Below, in pieces: positions 14,896 to 28,720 of a stretch of 64,000 nucleotides of DNA. The translations under genes were made by a program, and so were the position numbers. Within the stretch, counting starts at the first letter, position 1. Each line of letters starts with the position of its first letter. The notes under the pieces are model-generated. The model saw only the letters and a list, made by a program, of their open reading frames with translations, searched no databases and was not told the DNA's origin. Source of the DNA: Carcharhinus amblyrhynchos (Eukaryota); NCBI GenBank assembly GCA_965287045.1, contig OZ336883.1, positions 69,626,001 to 69,690,000 of the forward strand, read 5' to 3'.

Positions 14896-15348
14896 TTTGT
14901 TCCCGTGGCTATGTTCACTTTTTTAAGCGTACCAATAAAATGTCATTCTCATAAAAATTTCTAAAATGCATCTCAATGTGAACTTCAGTAAAAATTAAAA
15001 CAAAATTTGAACAGAAAATTAAAATCAATCACTTTCTGAAAAGAGTACTGCAGTAACCAAGGGACATCTGCATAATCAGAGCATCTTGCCAAGAATTAAA
15101 TTATAACCAAATCTGGATGAGAGCAGTTAAAGATTCTTTACTACTTATTTTTCAACAGTTAGATCTACTTATGTGTTTTCATGTTAGCTGTATTCCCCCT
15201 TATCTTGATGGTGGCAAGCTTCTTGATGGGATACAGTTCCATTGTAGCTGGACCCTCTAAAGTAACTTGTTCAATTGATCAACCTTAATGCTAAAGTCAT
15301 GGAAGAAACTATTATGCTTTTTAAAAGTTAATTTATTAGTGTCACAAG

Positions 15349-15684
15349 GAGCAGCACGATGGCACAGTGGTTAGCACTGCTGCCTCACACCTCTGGGGAT
15401 CTGGGTTCAATTCCTGGCTTGGTTCTCTGTCTGTGTGGAGTTTGCATGTTCTCCCTGTGTCTGCGTGGGTTTCCTCCAGGTGCTCCAGTTTCCTCCTACA
15501 GACTAAAGACATGTGGGTTATGTGCACTGGCCATGCTAAATTACCCCTTAGTGTCCCAGGATACGTAGTTTAGAGGGATTAGTGGGGTAAATATGTGGCG
15601 TTACATGGATAGGCCTAGGTGGGATTATTGTTGGTACAGACTCGATGGGCCAATGGCCTCCTTCTGCACTATAGGATTTCTATG
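15349..15684 (+). mobile_element. V-domain (HE1-like) SINE, tail type 1 (CR1-derived), inserted into a type-2 tail fragment
   Basis: Head, V core and tail gactcgatgggccaatggcctccttctgcactataggatttctatg; flanks read gtcacaag and aagtaggcttac. Confidence 0.88.
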
Positions 15685-16574
15685 AAGTAGGCTTACATTA
15701 ACAGTGCAATGAACCTAATGGACTGTGTGTTCGCATCCAAATTTCCAACAAGGGTTAAGAGAGAATAATTATATTTAGTTGGAACTCCAGGCAATTTTTC
15801 CCTATTAGGTCAAGGTGCACATTTATCAATCGTGACACTAATTCAGCCCCTGAGGCCTTGGTATAGAAATTTCAATTTAATCAGAATTTTCTTCAGGTAT
15901 AATGTAAATGCTTCTACCATTTTAAATATAGTGCAACCTCACATCTCTTTGTGCCAAATGGTTTTATGTGTGACAGGCTCTCTGTTGAGGAAGATTTACT
16001 GTTAACACTATTTCCAAATGGCAGTACATGTTCCTGCCAAAATACTTCTTTGGTCCAAAACAGTTAAGATATAGAAATATATTGATAAGTTTTCATCGAG
16101 TTAAGAACATTCAAAACTGGAGAGGCTACATCAGTCTATCAAGCCAAATCACAGTTTGAGAACTGCCATAAAATAATCTTGACTCATGTTCCTCAGCTGC
16201 TTCCGCTATTCCATTTGACTTAGCAAAATTTATCTCTGTCCCTTGTGAAATAATCCTCCGTGTGATAAACTTGCATTTGATTATGGTCACCTTCACTCTT
16301 TGGAATGTGGATTTATGATGTTTGTTTTTATTTGTTCATGGGCTGTGGCCTGCAACTGGGAGTCAGTCTGGACCTGCCTTTGGAAAGAAAAGACATCATA
16401 GGGAAGCAAGTAGGTGACTGGCCAGTGAGTATTTTCCATTAATTTTATCCAAACTAGGGAATTTCAACTGGGGCAAGTAGGGTATTTATTGAAATCACAG
16501 GAAGATAAGCACAGGTAGGACTAGAAACATTGACTAAATTGAATCAGTAAAATAATTAGTTAAAATACTATAAA

Positions 16575-16780
16575 GATGACTGGTGATGTGTGGCAACTGT
16601 AGAATGTGGGAGTTTATGAACGCCAAGGTGATCCAAGGGAAAGTCCACAGAATTGTGTAGCTCGAAGAAAATTTGGCTTCGAGACATTGAGCTGGAGGCT
16701 GAGCTGCAGACACTGCAATGCATCAGGGAGAGCGAATATTACAGGGACACTTTATTCTAGGAAGGTGGACACACCCCTTT
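16575..16780 (+). mobile_element. CR1 ORF1 N-terminal remnant
   Basis: Decayed MCGNCRMWE motif and IELEAELQTLQCIRESEYY coiled-coil-like segment typical of CR1 ORF1. Confidence 0.55.
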
Positions 16781-16784
16781 GGAC

Positions 16785-16890
16785 ACAAACAAAAACAGAA
16801 AATGCTGGAAAATCTCAGCAGCTCTGGCAGCATCTGTGGAGAGAGAATAAAGCCAACATTTCGAGTCTGGATGACCCCTTGTCAGAACTT
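16785..16890 (-). mobile_element. Penelope-like terminus (family B) with CpG-decayed hammerhead
   Basis: Reverse complement reads agtt-CTGACAA-g-gggtc-atcca-gactc-GAAA-tgt-t-ggct. Confidence 0.62.
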
Positions 16891-17984
16891 AGTGCTTTTT
16901 TGAATTATTTATGTATGGGACACATAAATCCCTTCATTCCTCCATTTTCTAATCTCTCACAATTTAGAAAATATTTTGTAAATATAATTGAAACCTCTCA
17001 CCGTCTGATACTTACCACCTGTAGCTTTTCCTACTCACTCATTCCATCTACCACTGCAACTTTCTGCTGCCATTTATGTAACTAACCTAGTGTCATTTGC
17101 AAATATGGACACACACCTCTATTATTTTATCCAAGTCATTTATACATGATGGAAAGCTGATTCTCTGGTCCAGATTCCCGACTAACACCATCAACTCCCG
17201 GCAAGCAGAGAACAATAACTTTATCCATACTTTACGTCCTACCTCTCAACGCATCCAGAACCCATGATGCAAGATTATCTCAAAGACCATTTCGGCTAAT
17301 AATTCTCCATTAGGAATCTTAACAAGTGCCTTCTGGAAGCCTACGTAGACAATCTGCATAGAGACTCCCTTTTCCATTGAAAGAAGATGACTTATAAACA
17401 CCTTAAAAGCAAGAAATGTAAATATGAAAGCAAAATACTGTGGATGCCAGCAATTTGAATAATACCATGTATCGAAACAGCTTTAATAATGGCCAAACCA
17501 CAATAAACCATAACTGAGAAGGAAGAACAATAACATGCATAAACTACCACACAAAGGCAATTGGTAATAAGGACAATACTTGAGTTGCTACAGAATCAAC
17601 AGAATATGTAGAGCCTTGAGATAAAACATCATTAACCTCCAACAACTGGCACGCATAATGAAGTAACCCCATTAAACTTTGAAGTTATCATAAACAACAA
17701 GGGATATTGGCATGCCTGAAGGTACTAATCATTGCAATCTAAATATGAAACTCGTGAATGAAATATGGTCAGAAAGAATGTAAGAACTAAACATTGTCTG
17801 ACATTTTCTTTGCAGTCAGCTAGGGCTGATGGGTCCAAATCTAACTGAAAGAGGACATTTAAAGATTCAATGGACTTTAAATGATTGCTGTTTTGGTCAG
17901 TGGGGCACTTAAAGACTCCAGAATATGTCCAGTTGTGTTTCTTATTTGGTTTGTATAATTTTAGTTAAATAAAGATAATCCCTG

Positions 17985-18468
17985 AGAGAGATTTAGAAGA
18001 GAGACTAAATAGCCTGGGTCTGTACTCATTGGAGTTTAGAAGGATGAGGGGGGATCCTATAGAGACGTATAAGATAATGAAAGGGATGGATAGGGTAGAG
18101 GTAGAGAGATTCTTCCCGCTCAGAAAGGACAGCAGGACTACAGGGCACAGCCTTAAGATGGTTTGGGGGGGATGGTGGTGGTGGAGAGAACAGTTTAGAA
18201 CAGAGTTGAGGAGGAACTTCTTCACTCAAAGGGTGGTGAATCTCTGGAATTCTCTGCCCGTTGAAGTGGTGGAGGCTACCTCGCTAAATATATTTAAGAC
18301 ACGGGTAGATAGGTTTCTGATAGACAGGGGAATTAAGGGTTATGGGGAGAAAGCGGGAAACTGGAACTGAGCCACTTCAGATCAGCCATGATCTTATTGA
18401 ATGGCGGGGCAGGCTCGAAGGGCTAGATGGCCTACTCCTGCTCCTATTTCTTATGTTCTTATGTTCTT
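17985..18468 (+). mobile_element. Young CR1 LINE 3' end with (TTCTTATG)n tail
   Basis: ORF 18029..18370 (EFRRMRGD...RNFFTQRVVNLWNSLP); close match to 30941-31585 and 60476-61000. Confidence 0.93.
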
Positions 18469-19189
18469 AGATGGCATATCCCTATATTTCTGTTAAGGCA
18501 CATTCAACTCCATAAACCCTATTTTAGCAGCCAATGTAGGAGGTATGAAAGTCACGAATAATTCCTACACCCCCACCATGCTAATGACATCCTCAAAAAA
18601 AAAACTCAACATGATAATCTAGTATGACCAATCTTTTATCAATCCATACTGATTTAGATCAGTCAGTCTGAAAGTAGATTTAGGGCTCTACTACATAACT
18701 GATGATAAAATTTGATAATTCCTTCTCTCTGCATTTTATTTGGGATGCACAGCACCCTAATGGAATAGATTGGAAATGTTCTGTTGAAGAATTGAATTCA
18801 ATAGGCCAAATAGTTTTTCGCACTCCATAGACTCCTGTACTTTCGTGATTCATAAAAATTATGAAACATCATGAAATTTCCTAGGACAAGTCTGTCAAAT
18901 TTTGCATGTAGGCAATCCACTTATTCATAAAGGCAAGTGAGTTGTTGCAGCCATGATTTGCCATCTCGGATCTATTTGGAGCTAGAATTTCCATTGCCTC
19001 CAAGGCTTATAAATGCAAAATTGTGGTCCTATACTATGTCTGGCAAATGAGACCAAGTTGAAATGTTCACATTGTGGTGTCACAATTGAGGTGAGCTTCC
19101 GACTTTATATTCATGTCATTACTGAACTTTGTTTCTATTCATCAACCTTCATCCATCCTTCAATATCTCGAGACTCAACTACTATGTGC

Positions 19190-19670
19190 ATTCCTGGCTG
19201 TTTTTCCACATTTTAAAACTTTGCTTCCCATGTCTCAACTCACTACAAGTCTGGTTTCCTTTATCCTCACTGTCTTTTATTGGTTTCCAGTCAAACTTTG
19301 ATTTTAAAATTCTCATCCTGGTTTTCAAATCCCTCCATTTCCCTCCCTATCTCTGCAATGTCCTCCAGGTCCATACCTCTCCCTAGATATCTGTGCTACT
19401 CGTGCATTCCCAATTACAACTGCTGCACCACTGGTGGTCATGCCTACAGTTGACACAGACCAAGCTCTGGAATACCCTGCCTACAACCTCTCTTTGTTTG
19501 CTTTAGTTCACTGCTTAAAACATACTTCTTTGATCAAGCTTTTTGTCACCTGATCTAAAATTTCCTTAAGATGTGTCATCCTCTTTTATAGTGCTCCTGC
19601 AATGTGCCTTGTGATATTAAATTATGTTAAAGGTGTTATATAAATATAGACGGTTATTGTTGTTGCAATA
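19190..19670 (+). mobile_element. L2-like LINE 3' end
   Basis: DFKILILVFKSLH...PPYLCNVLQ remnant and tail ttaaaggtgttatataaatatagacggttattgttgttg. Confidence 0.65.
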
Positions 19671-20596
19671 CTACTTCCTACCTGCAGGTGACCCCACTAA
19701 ACTTCTTTGGCTGCACAAATGGCAGTGCATCTGACATGCAGCTGTACACGTGTTCCAGTACAATGCCACATTCACACTGCAGAGACCTGTCCACATGAAC
19801 ATACAAATGGCAAAGTGCCGACATTTCTTAAAAAGTGCCCATTAAGGATCTAATTTACACTTCAGGAACCCAGTCTCAGAGTGACGTCAAACTGCCAGTG
19901 CACTTCCTGTTGAATCGAGGAAAAAGGACCTTTGAAACATGCTTCTAGAATTCTTTGGAGTGTTGGGATGGAAGTATTAAAGCCATTGAAAAGTGAGTTT
20001 ATGAAAAGCCCAGGTGGCCCAATCTACAGCTTAGGACAGAGATAGAGATAAACACTTAATACCTCAAAATCAGTGTAATATTTACTACAGGTGACATCAG
20101 AATTTTCACCTCAATACACTTGATAGGCAGAATGTATGATTGGCTCCTCTATTAAATTACCAGGTTCAGACACCTAAAACCATTTGGAGCCATTCCAAAT
20201 GTACATCTGGTGCATTATGAATATGACCACGGAGTGCTATTATGATATAAATTTGTGGAGCTGAGAATACTGGATATCAAAAATATGCCAAAATCTTTCT
20301 CCACCTTATAAATCTCATTTTCCTGCCTGTGGTCCAATATCCATTAATATCCTTCTTTTGGAAGCAACTGATTAATTCCTTTTAAAAACAAGTGATAAAT
20401 CTTGCTTCAATAATCGTTCGCGACAGAGTTTTACATTCTAACCACCTTCTAGATGAAGGCATCTTTCAAATCTTGACCAATTCTTTTTTATTATTTAAAA
20501 CTTTTGCCCTCTTTACACGCTATGTTTCTGCCCAATGGAAACAACCAGTCACTGCTCATCCGATATCCTTAATCTTGGCCACTTGTATCAGACCAA

Positions 20597-20912
20597 ACAT
20601 GGCACAGTGGTTAACAATGCTGCCTCATGGCATCAGAGGCCTGGATTCAATTCCGGCCTTGGGTCACTCTCTGTGTGGAGTTTGCACATTTTCCCCGTGG
20701 GTTTTCTCCGGGGGCTCCAGTTTCCTCCCACATTCCAAAAATGTGCGGGTTAGGTGGATTGGCCTTAAATTGACCCTCAGTGTCAGGGGGACTCGCAAGG
20801 ATAAATGTGTGGAGTTATGGGGATAAGGCCTGGGTGGGATTGTGGTCGGTGCAGACTCGATAGGCCAAATGGCCGCCTTCTGCACTGTAGGGATTCTAAG
20901 GAACCCTATGAA
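20597..20912 (+). mobile_element. V-domain SINE, tail type 1
   Basis: Head, V core and CR1-type tail (gcactgtagggattcta). Confidence 0.87.
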
Positions 20913-22409
20913 ACCCTTCAACTGGTTCAGTTCAAATGAAGTAAGCTTTATTTCTCAAGTTTCTCTTTGTAATTGTTGCCTCTTGTAGCAATCTACACTG
21001 CATCTTGCTCATTGCCTTTAAATCCTGCCTAAACTGAGGTGCACACAAAATTGCATATATTGCTCCAACTGCGACCGAAAGTCTTGTACAGGTTCATTAT
21101 TACTTCCTCGTGTTTGAAATAGCGAGAAACAAAATCAAACTGTGCTGCCACCTTCAATGATCTGTTTTTGGTCCCTTTGTTCCTCATGTCTACTTAAAAT
21201 CTTACTTTTCCAAGATGAACTTCATTTCCCGCTTCTTAATTTCCACACTTCACACTTCTTTATATTGAGCAGAACAGTCAGCTCTCTACCCATCTTGTTC
21301 GTCCATGTTCACCTGTGGTCTTCCACAACTTTTACCACAATTTGCATATTTCTCAATTTGGTTTCATCAAATTTCAATACTGTTCCCTCAATTCTGAAGT
21401 TCAGATCACTTATTCATATAGCAAACAAGGGGAGCTGTAAAGAGTCTTGTGAAAAGCCAGGGCTTAGCAGCCTTACCACAACAAACAATGGTGGAAACAT
21501 TGTGCAGAGTCTCTTCACACCAAATTAAAACCTTCACTTCTCACTTCGATCTCACCTAAAACGCTAACAAATTGCAGCTGCATTCAGGGATGTTCATTCA
21601 CTCTTTTCTCTGTTTTCCCATCACATTAAAAGTTAACCAAACTTAAACCTCATCTTTCGATGCTCTTTTACCCCAAAAACTAGAATGGAAAAAAGTGCAA
21701 GCAGTCAGGTAACTGATCATGAGCAACACCATGTGACTGGTGAAAACAGTACTTGATTGGCGAGAGCTTGTTGTTCTGAGGCCACACTCATTATGCATTC
21801 ATGAAGAGTAAAATTCAAGAATGTTTAGTTCCATATGCAATGAATAATTGATCAGTTATTCATAGATTTGTCAAATTGAGGATGCAAACCACAGGATTTT
21901 CATCAACACTGCTGACCTGCCAAGCATGTCTGCTTTTATAATTGGATTTCAAGCTTTCCATCTCGCTTAATACTTCTTTATAACATTTCCACTCAAATAT
22001 TGCCTTGAAGGCTTTTCTCCTGCAATAACAGCCTTTACATTCTGCTCTCATTCCGAGGCGCTTCACGACTCCAAAAGGAGAAAGAATATCTTGTAACTGC
22101 ATACCTGGCTTTGATACATTCACTGTCACCCAGATTCCATGTTCTCCCACTCATACACACAACCACAACACGAGAATTTGCGTAATCAACCTCCACAACT
22201 GGAACACTAATTAGAAGTTATAATTCCAGCTTGGTAAGTTGTATATCTACCATTACTTTCAGTCGAACTAACGCCAAATCTCAATTTATGGCCGCAAGCA
22301 GCACATCTTTCGATGAAAGGTCACTCTGTCCTAAAATTTACAAGGTTGACTCCTGAGGGCATTTGGGGTTGCCACATGAGGAGAGATCGCATAGAATGAA
22401 TCAATAAAA

Positions 22410-22865
22410 GCATCCTTTCCAGTTGTATCACAGCTTGGTATGGTTCTTGTTCTATCCAAGACTGCAAGAAACTACAAAGGATCATGGACAAAGCTCAGTC
22501 CATCACGCAAACCAGCCTCCCATCCGCTGACACTGTCGACACTTCCCACTGCCTCAGAAAAGCAGCCAGCATAATTAAGGAACCCATGCACACTGAACAT
22601 ACTTTCTTCCACCTTCTCCTATCCAGAAAAAGATACAAAAGTCTGAGGTCACGTACCAACCGACTCAAAAACAGCTTCTTCCCTGCTGCCGTCAGACATT
22701 TGACTGGACCTATCTTTCTCTATACCCTAGCTGTAACTGTGACACTATATTCTGCACCCTCTCCCTTCCTTCTCTATGTAAGGTATGCTTTGTCTGTATA
22801 ACATGCAAGAAGTAATACTTTTCACTGTAGATTAATACATGTGACAATAATAAATCAAATCAAAA
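22410..22865 (+). mobile_element. Rex1/Babar-like LINE 3' fragment
   Basis: ORF 22484..22801 (CLRKAASIIKEP...KRYKSLRSRTNRLKNSFFPAAVR), tail catgtgacaataataaatcaaatcaaa. Confidence 0.8.
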
Positions 22866-22959
22866 ATACTCTGGATTTTACAAGAATGAGATAAACTTGT
22901 TAAAACTTACAGGATTTTAAAAGAATTTCAGAGGATAGATACAAACATATGAATTGGGA

Positions 22960-23810
22960 TCAATGCTCACTTTGTTAACTTTTCCTTTTAAATGGCTAGA
23001 GAAACTTAACTCAGTCTTTAAATTTCTAACTAGCCTTCTCTCATTCTCTTATTTTTCCCTCCTGGTTAATCTTTTAGTCGTGAGTCATTTGCTGTTTTTA
23101 TATTCTGTCCAGTCTTCTGACCTGCCACCCACCATTGCACCATTATATGCTTTTTCTTTAAGCTTGATACTATTTTTAACTTTTTCGTTAACCACAGATG
23201 ATGGATCCTCCCCTTGGAATCTTTCTTTCTTATTGGAATACATCTATTGCATATTCTGAAATATCCCTTAAATGTTTGCCACTGCATCACTATGTCTTAA
23301 GCTAATTTTCCAGTTCACATTAGTTATTTTTATGCCCTCATTAAATAGCCCTCATTTAAGTTTAAAATACTAGTCTAGGACCTACCATTCTTTCCCTCAA
23401 ACTGTATGTAAAATTCAATGATATAATGACCGTTGCTAGCCGGGGTGCTTTTGCTAGGAGGTCACTAATCAATCCTATCTTGCAATGGGTTGCTGAGTGA
23501 TGCTCTGGACGCTGAGAGACTGTTTCGCTAGCTGGCAAATCTAGAACTAGGGGCCAGAAGAGCAAAAGGTCAACTATTTCAGACTGAGATGAGGAGAAAT
23601 TTCTGCACTCAAAGGATTGTTCGCTTTTGGCAGGCTCTAACCCAAAAGGCTATCAATACTCAGTTGTTGAGTATTTTCAAGGCTGACCAATGATATGGGG
23701 ATCAGGTCAGCAAGCTGAGTGGAGGGCAAACATCAGCCATGATTTTTGATAGCCAAGTACACTTCAGAGACCATATTGCTTATCCTGATCCCATCTCTTA
23801 TGTTCTTATA
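22960..23810. mobile_element. Two adjacent decayed CR1 fragments: minus strand about 22960-23480, plus-strand 3' end about 23510-23810
   Basis: ORF 23066..23290 resembles the CR1 tether region (IPIRKKD...WLTK); the right part ends in tcttatgttctta. Confidence 0.65.
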
Positions 23811-23959
23811 TGTTAATTTTCTCTCTCTACAGATATTGCCTGACCTATTAAGTATTTCCAGCATTTTATTTTGTTTAAATTACACCGCTACATGACCTTT
23901 TCCAAGGCAATTATAAAGACTTATGATGAGAACACTTTTTCTTGAAGTGCTGTCACTTA

Positions 23960-24100
<141 letters not shown>

Positions 24101-25799
24101 TCAAGCCATGGAACACCAGATGACAGTTCCCACAATTTCTGTAATTTTCTGTTGTGGCATATTAAATTAATGCTGACTCTGCCATTTGTCAAAACTATGG
24201 GATGACATTGTAACAGTAAGATAAGTAGTTGAGTTCCATTAATAAACTGGCCATGATGGTTATTTTAAGGGAGACCTTTTTAAAAAGTCTGAATTCAACT
24301 TAAAGTTAACAAATCATCAGTAGTTGAAATGATCCGATGCATAACAATGAATAAAACAAGCAAATGGTGCAATAAAGCGTAACGTGTAATCTTAATTGTT
24401 TCTTTTACAGTTGGGAATTGAAGGAGTTAGTTCTCTGAAAGGTAAATCGTGTCTACTCAACTTTCTTTAATACAGTCACTGAACTGATGAATAGAAAAGG
24501 ATCAGTGCAAATACTTGAAATGAATTCTCAAAGGCACTTGATGAAGCCGCTTGCTAAAATTGAGCACACAGAACTGGGGGCAATCTTGTGGCAGGTAGCA
24601 GAGCTGGGAAAAAATGAGACAATCTCTGATTGATGGGCAGTGACAAGTATTCCCCCAAAGGAGCCCTGCGTTTACACTGCACATTTAAATGAGCTGGATT
24701 TAGAAAAGGAGGGGGAGGTATTTCAAATTTTGCAGATGATATAGAGCTAAACAGCAGGCTGAGCTGTAGAGAAGAGAGCAAAAGTTCCCCATGGGCTAGA
24801 ACTGCATGCTGCTAGGAGGGCGTGCATCCTGACATGGTCACGCATTTGTGCAATATTTCAGTCTACCTACAGTCAATCAGACAGAGTAGCCTATCAAGGG
24901 GCCAAATGAACACAATTTTATGTGCCCTGTCCATTTTCATGATTGGACAGGCAGCCCTTACGTCTTAGCTTCAACCTGGATCCAGGACAGGATGAACTGT
25001 CAGGGCTGAAATAAAATTAACAAATATGCCTGAGGACTCTGTATGATTGTGCTACCTAGATACTTGAGGCATAGTTTTTAATCAGTATTTATTTTCTATG
25101 GGTCAGCAGTATAATATTTGAGGTCTGATATACAGACTAATAAAAAACCACAAGGTCAGTGGAAGTAAATTAACGGGAACAGTTTATTAACACTTCTTTA
25201 TCCTAGCGCAGTCAGCACAAGACTGCCCAGGCAAGCTCCACGAGTCCTGGGTCACCTAACCTATTCGCTAAAGGGGCATGCCCCAACGTACATAACAAGG
25301 AGCTCCCTGAGACAGTTCCACAGAGGCTGTCCCCTAACAGAGCACATTAAAAAGCCAACCCGTACTCTCCTTGTCCTGGATGCCCACCCTCTTCCCACCC
25401 TCCCCAGCAGTGCTCAGCTTTCCACACAGCGTAATTCACACTATATGGCCATTGATTGGCCAGCCAGCATGAAATTGGGCTCCAGGATCGACCGTGGAAG
25501 GGAACATGTTTTGCGCTCAAGCCAGCTGAGTGCTCATGTCTGATGAATAACAATTCAAGCTGTGATTACTAACCAATCAAATGTGGCTGGAACAATAATA
25601 GGTGCAGTTTAACATCGCAAGCATGAAACAGCACACTTTGGCCATAAAAATGGCTTGGAACTACAGCCTGTTCCTGCTTGTAAAATGGTAAGACAAATTC
25701 CTGTAATTGGGATGTTGGTAGGGGTGGGGCAGGGGAGAAGGTTGGAGGGTGGACTTGGGGAGTTGAAAGGCTAGAGGGTAAGGGAAGTTGGAGTGGTAG

Positions 25800-25965
25800 T
25801 TTGGGGCAGTGGGGGGGGGAATGCTCAGGGGAGAAAGGTGGAGGGCAGGCTGGAGAAGGGGTTGTGGGGGCGATTGGAGGAGAGGTTGTGGGGAAGGTTG
25901 GAGAAGGGGTTGTGGGGGAGATTGAAGAAGGGGTTGTGAGGGAAGTTAGAGAGGGGGTTAGAGTA
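25800..25965. repeat. G-rich degenerate minisatellite, about 24-nt unit (ggagaaggggttgtgggggcgatt-like)
   Basis: About four imperfect copies visible; explains the Pro-rich and Gly-rich ORFs at 25569..26015 and 25801..26004. Confidence 0.8.
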
Positions 25966-26689
25966 GGAGGTTGGGAGAGGAAGAAGTTGGCTGGGAACTT
26001 ATAGCATGGAATCACGGGCGGAGTTCTGTTTATTTTGTTGCTGATGAAAGTTTACTGAGAGCCGGCCATATGGGGTGAAATTGCCAGGACATGGGCTCAC
26101 AGTGAATCAACATTCTGTTTTGTACTGGACAAGATTCTCAAATGTCTTTTCCATTGACTTTAATCTTGTCCTTACCCATTATCCCACTCTGTGCGTTTTC
26201 ATGAGAATTTTGAGGTATTAAAAAATTATGATAAAGTTACATTGCATAGTATTGAAAATATATTTGTAACGTATGAATATGGATTCCTTGAAGTTGCATT
26301 GAATCTTTATATTCACATGTCATCACCAGAAGTGATGTTCCTGATTGCTATCAGAGTAAAGAAGCAGCCTGTACTGAATACACTTGGTAAATAAAGCTCT
26401 GTTAGCTTTAAGCCTTCGTGTCTCCCATTCCTCCACTGTGACCCAGCTGCCTTGGCCATTCGAGGCCTCAGAGGTGTGTATTAAAGCATCCATCATAATT
26501 CCCCCACTGGAGTCCTTGATCTCAGGAAAGGCATGCTACTCTTGCCCAATGAGTGCCTGAGAGGGATTTAATTTGGCAGGTCTTCCCAAAATGAAGCAAT
26601 TCTTATTGGGTCTCTAGCCAGCAGGCCTCCATGGAATACTGTCCGATATATTTGAAAAAGATTGAAAGACTGGTCTCTTCTCTCCTGAA

Positions 26690-27072
26690 ACAAGGAGGCC
26701 GGGGGATAGTCTTTAGCATTATGAGGGTTTTGTTAGAGCGGATACGGAGAGAATGTTTTTTCTTCTGGGGAAAATCATTGCTAGACACCATTAATATAAG
26801 AGAGTCACCAAGAAATCCAATATAAAATTCTGAAGAAAACTTTTGTACCTGAAGAGTGGTAAAGATGTGAAACATGCGAAGGCAGTGAGTGGCTAAAGCA
26901 AATAGTAAAGATGCTTTTAAGGGGAAATTAGACAAGCAGATGACTGAGAAAGGATAAACAGTTATGATGATAGATATAGATAAGAAAACATGGGAGGAAG
27001 CTTGAGTAGAGCATAAACACTGACATGATCTGGTTGCACCAAATGGCCTGTTTCTGTGCTGTATATCCTGCA
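26690..27072 (+). mobile_element. Decayed CR1 3' end
   Basis: Remnant gaagaaaacttttgtacctgaagagtggt and tail aaatggcctgtttctgtgctgtat. Confidence 0.6.
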
Positions 27073-27099
27073 TAACCAAGTTTCCAGGCGTCAGAACAC

Positions 27100-27667
27100 C
27101 AACAATCTGTCATGGTCCCTCCATGCCGACGCTACAGTTAAGAAAGTGCACCAAAATGTCTACTTTCTCCGAAGGGTGAGGGAATTTATCATGTCCACTT
27201 CACCAATTTTTACAGGTGCAGCATAGAAAGCATCCTATCTGGTTGTATCACAGCTTGGTATGGCTCCTGCTCTGACTAAGACTGCAAGAAAACATAGTCC
27301 AGTCCATCATGCAATGCAACCTCCCATCCATTGATGCCACCTCAGTGCCTCAGAAAAACAGTCAATAATTAAGGACCCCTCACACACCTTCTTCCGTTCG
27401 AAAAAAGATACAGAAGTTTGAGGTCGTGTAACAATCGCCCAAAAACACCTTCTTCCCTGTTGTCATCAGACTTTTGAATGGTCTTATCATATATTAAGCT
27501 GATTTTTCTCTTCACCCTACATGTAATTGCAACACTATATTCTGCACCCTCTCCTTTCCTTGTCCCCTATTTACTCTAAGAACAGTATGCTTTGTCTGTA
27601 GATTGCACAAGAAATATTACTTCTCACTGTATCCCAATACATGTGACAATAATAAGTCAAATCAAAT
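27100..27667 (+). mobile_element. Rex1/Babar-like LINE 3' fragment
   Basis: FYRCSIESILSGCITAWYGSC remnant; same tail as 22410-22865. Confidence 0.8.
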
Positions 27668-28147
27668 AATTTCATATATAGGTTTGAACAGTTTAAATGA
27701 ATCAAATGAGGTCACAGCAGAAAATTGTTTTTGCAATTATTGAGAATCACACTCAAAAAGACCAGGGAATAGCTGGTGTAAGATTTTCCGAATTTGAAAT
27801 TCTGGCTCTTAAGCGTTGAAACCATATGAAGAAATATAAAAAAGCTAATTCCCCAGTGTTAGAGGACAGGTAGAATTTTTTTTTATTAAAAGAGCCAAAA
27901 GCTTTGTTAAGTCAGTGAGCAGGAAGCAGATGTGGCCGGCATAAATTGTAGGTTTTTAGTGAAAGAAAAGCCAGATAGAATTAAATACCACCTCATCAGT
28001 ATGTATTTCAGAGGAAACTTTTCAACTGCTAAACCTAACTTGTTAGCACTGATTTCCCAAAACAGAAAATGTTTCATTTTCCATTATTAACATTCTTCAC
28101 TTTGATGAACATAATATGCAGAAAAAATCTTTGCAATTGCTTTGTTA

Positions 28148-28369
<222 letters not shown>

Positions 28370-28391
28370 TCATATGAATTGTTGCTTAAAC

Positions 28392-28720
28392 ACAAAGAAC
28401 AAATAAAATTACAGCAGAGGAACAGACCCTTCGGCCCTCCAAGCCTGCACCAACCATGCTGAACTAAAACCCCCTGCCCTTCTGGGGACCATATCCCTCT
28501 ATTCCCATCCTATTCATGTATTTGTCAAGACACTCCTTAAAAGTCACGATTGTATCTGCTTCTACTACCTCCCCAGCAGTGAGTTCTAGGCACCCACCAC
28601 CCTCTGTGTAAAAAAAAACTTGCCTCATATATCTCCTTTAAAGCTTGCCCCTCGCACCTCAAACCTATGCTTCCTTGTAACTGACTGTTCCACCCTGGGG
28701 AAAAGCTGACTATCCATCTG
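28392..28720 (-). mobile_element. CR1 LINE 3' end
   Basis: Tail (ttgttctttgt), gggccgaagggtctgtt stem and LFPRVEQSVTRKHRFEVRG remnant. Confidence 0.78.

Noticed and set aside
25569-26015. Pro/Thr-rich 148-aa ORF resembling a mucin or extensin
   Set aside because: Simply the translation of the G-rich minisatellite.
25126-26450. Two possible solo LTRs (about 25126-25346 and 26265-26445)
   Set aside because: TG starts and poly(A) signals are suggestive, but I could not find matching TG...CA ends with target-site duplications.
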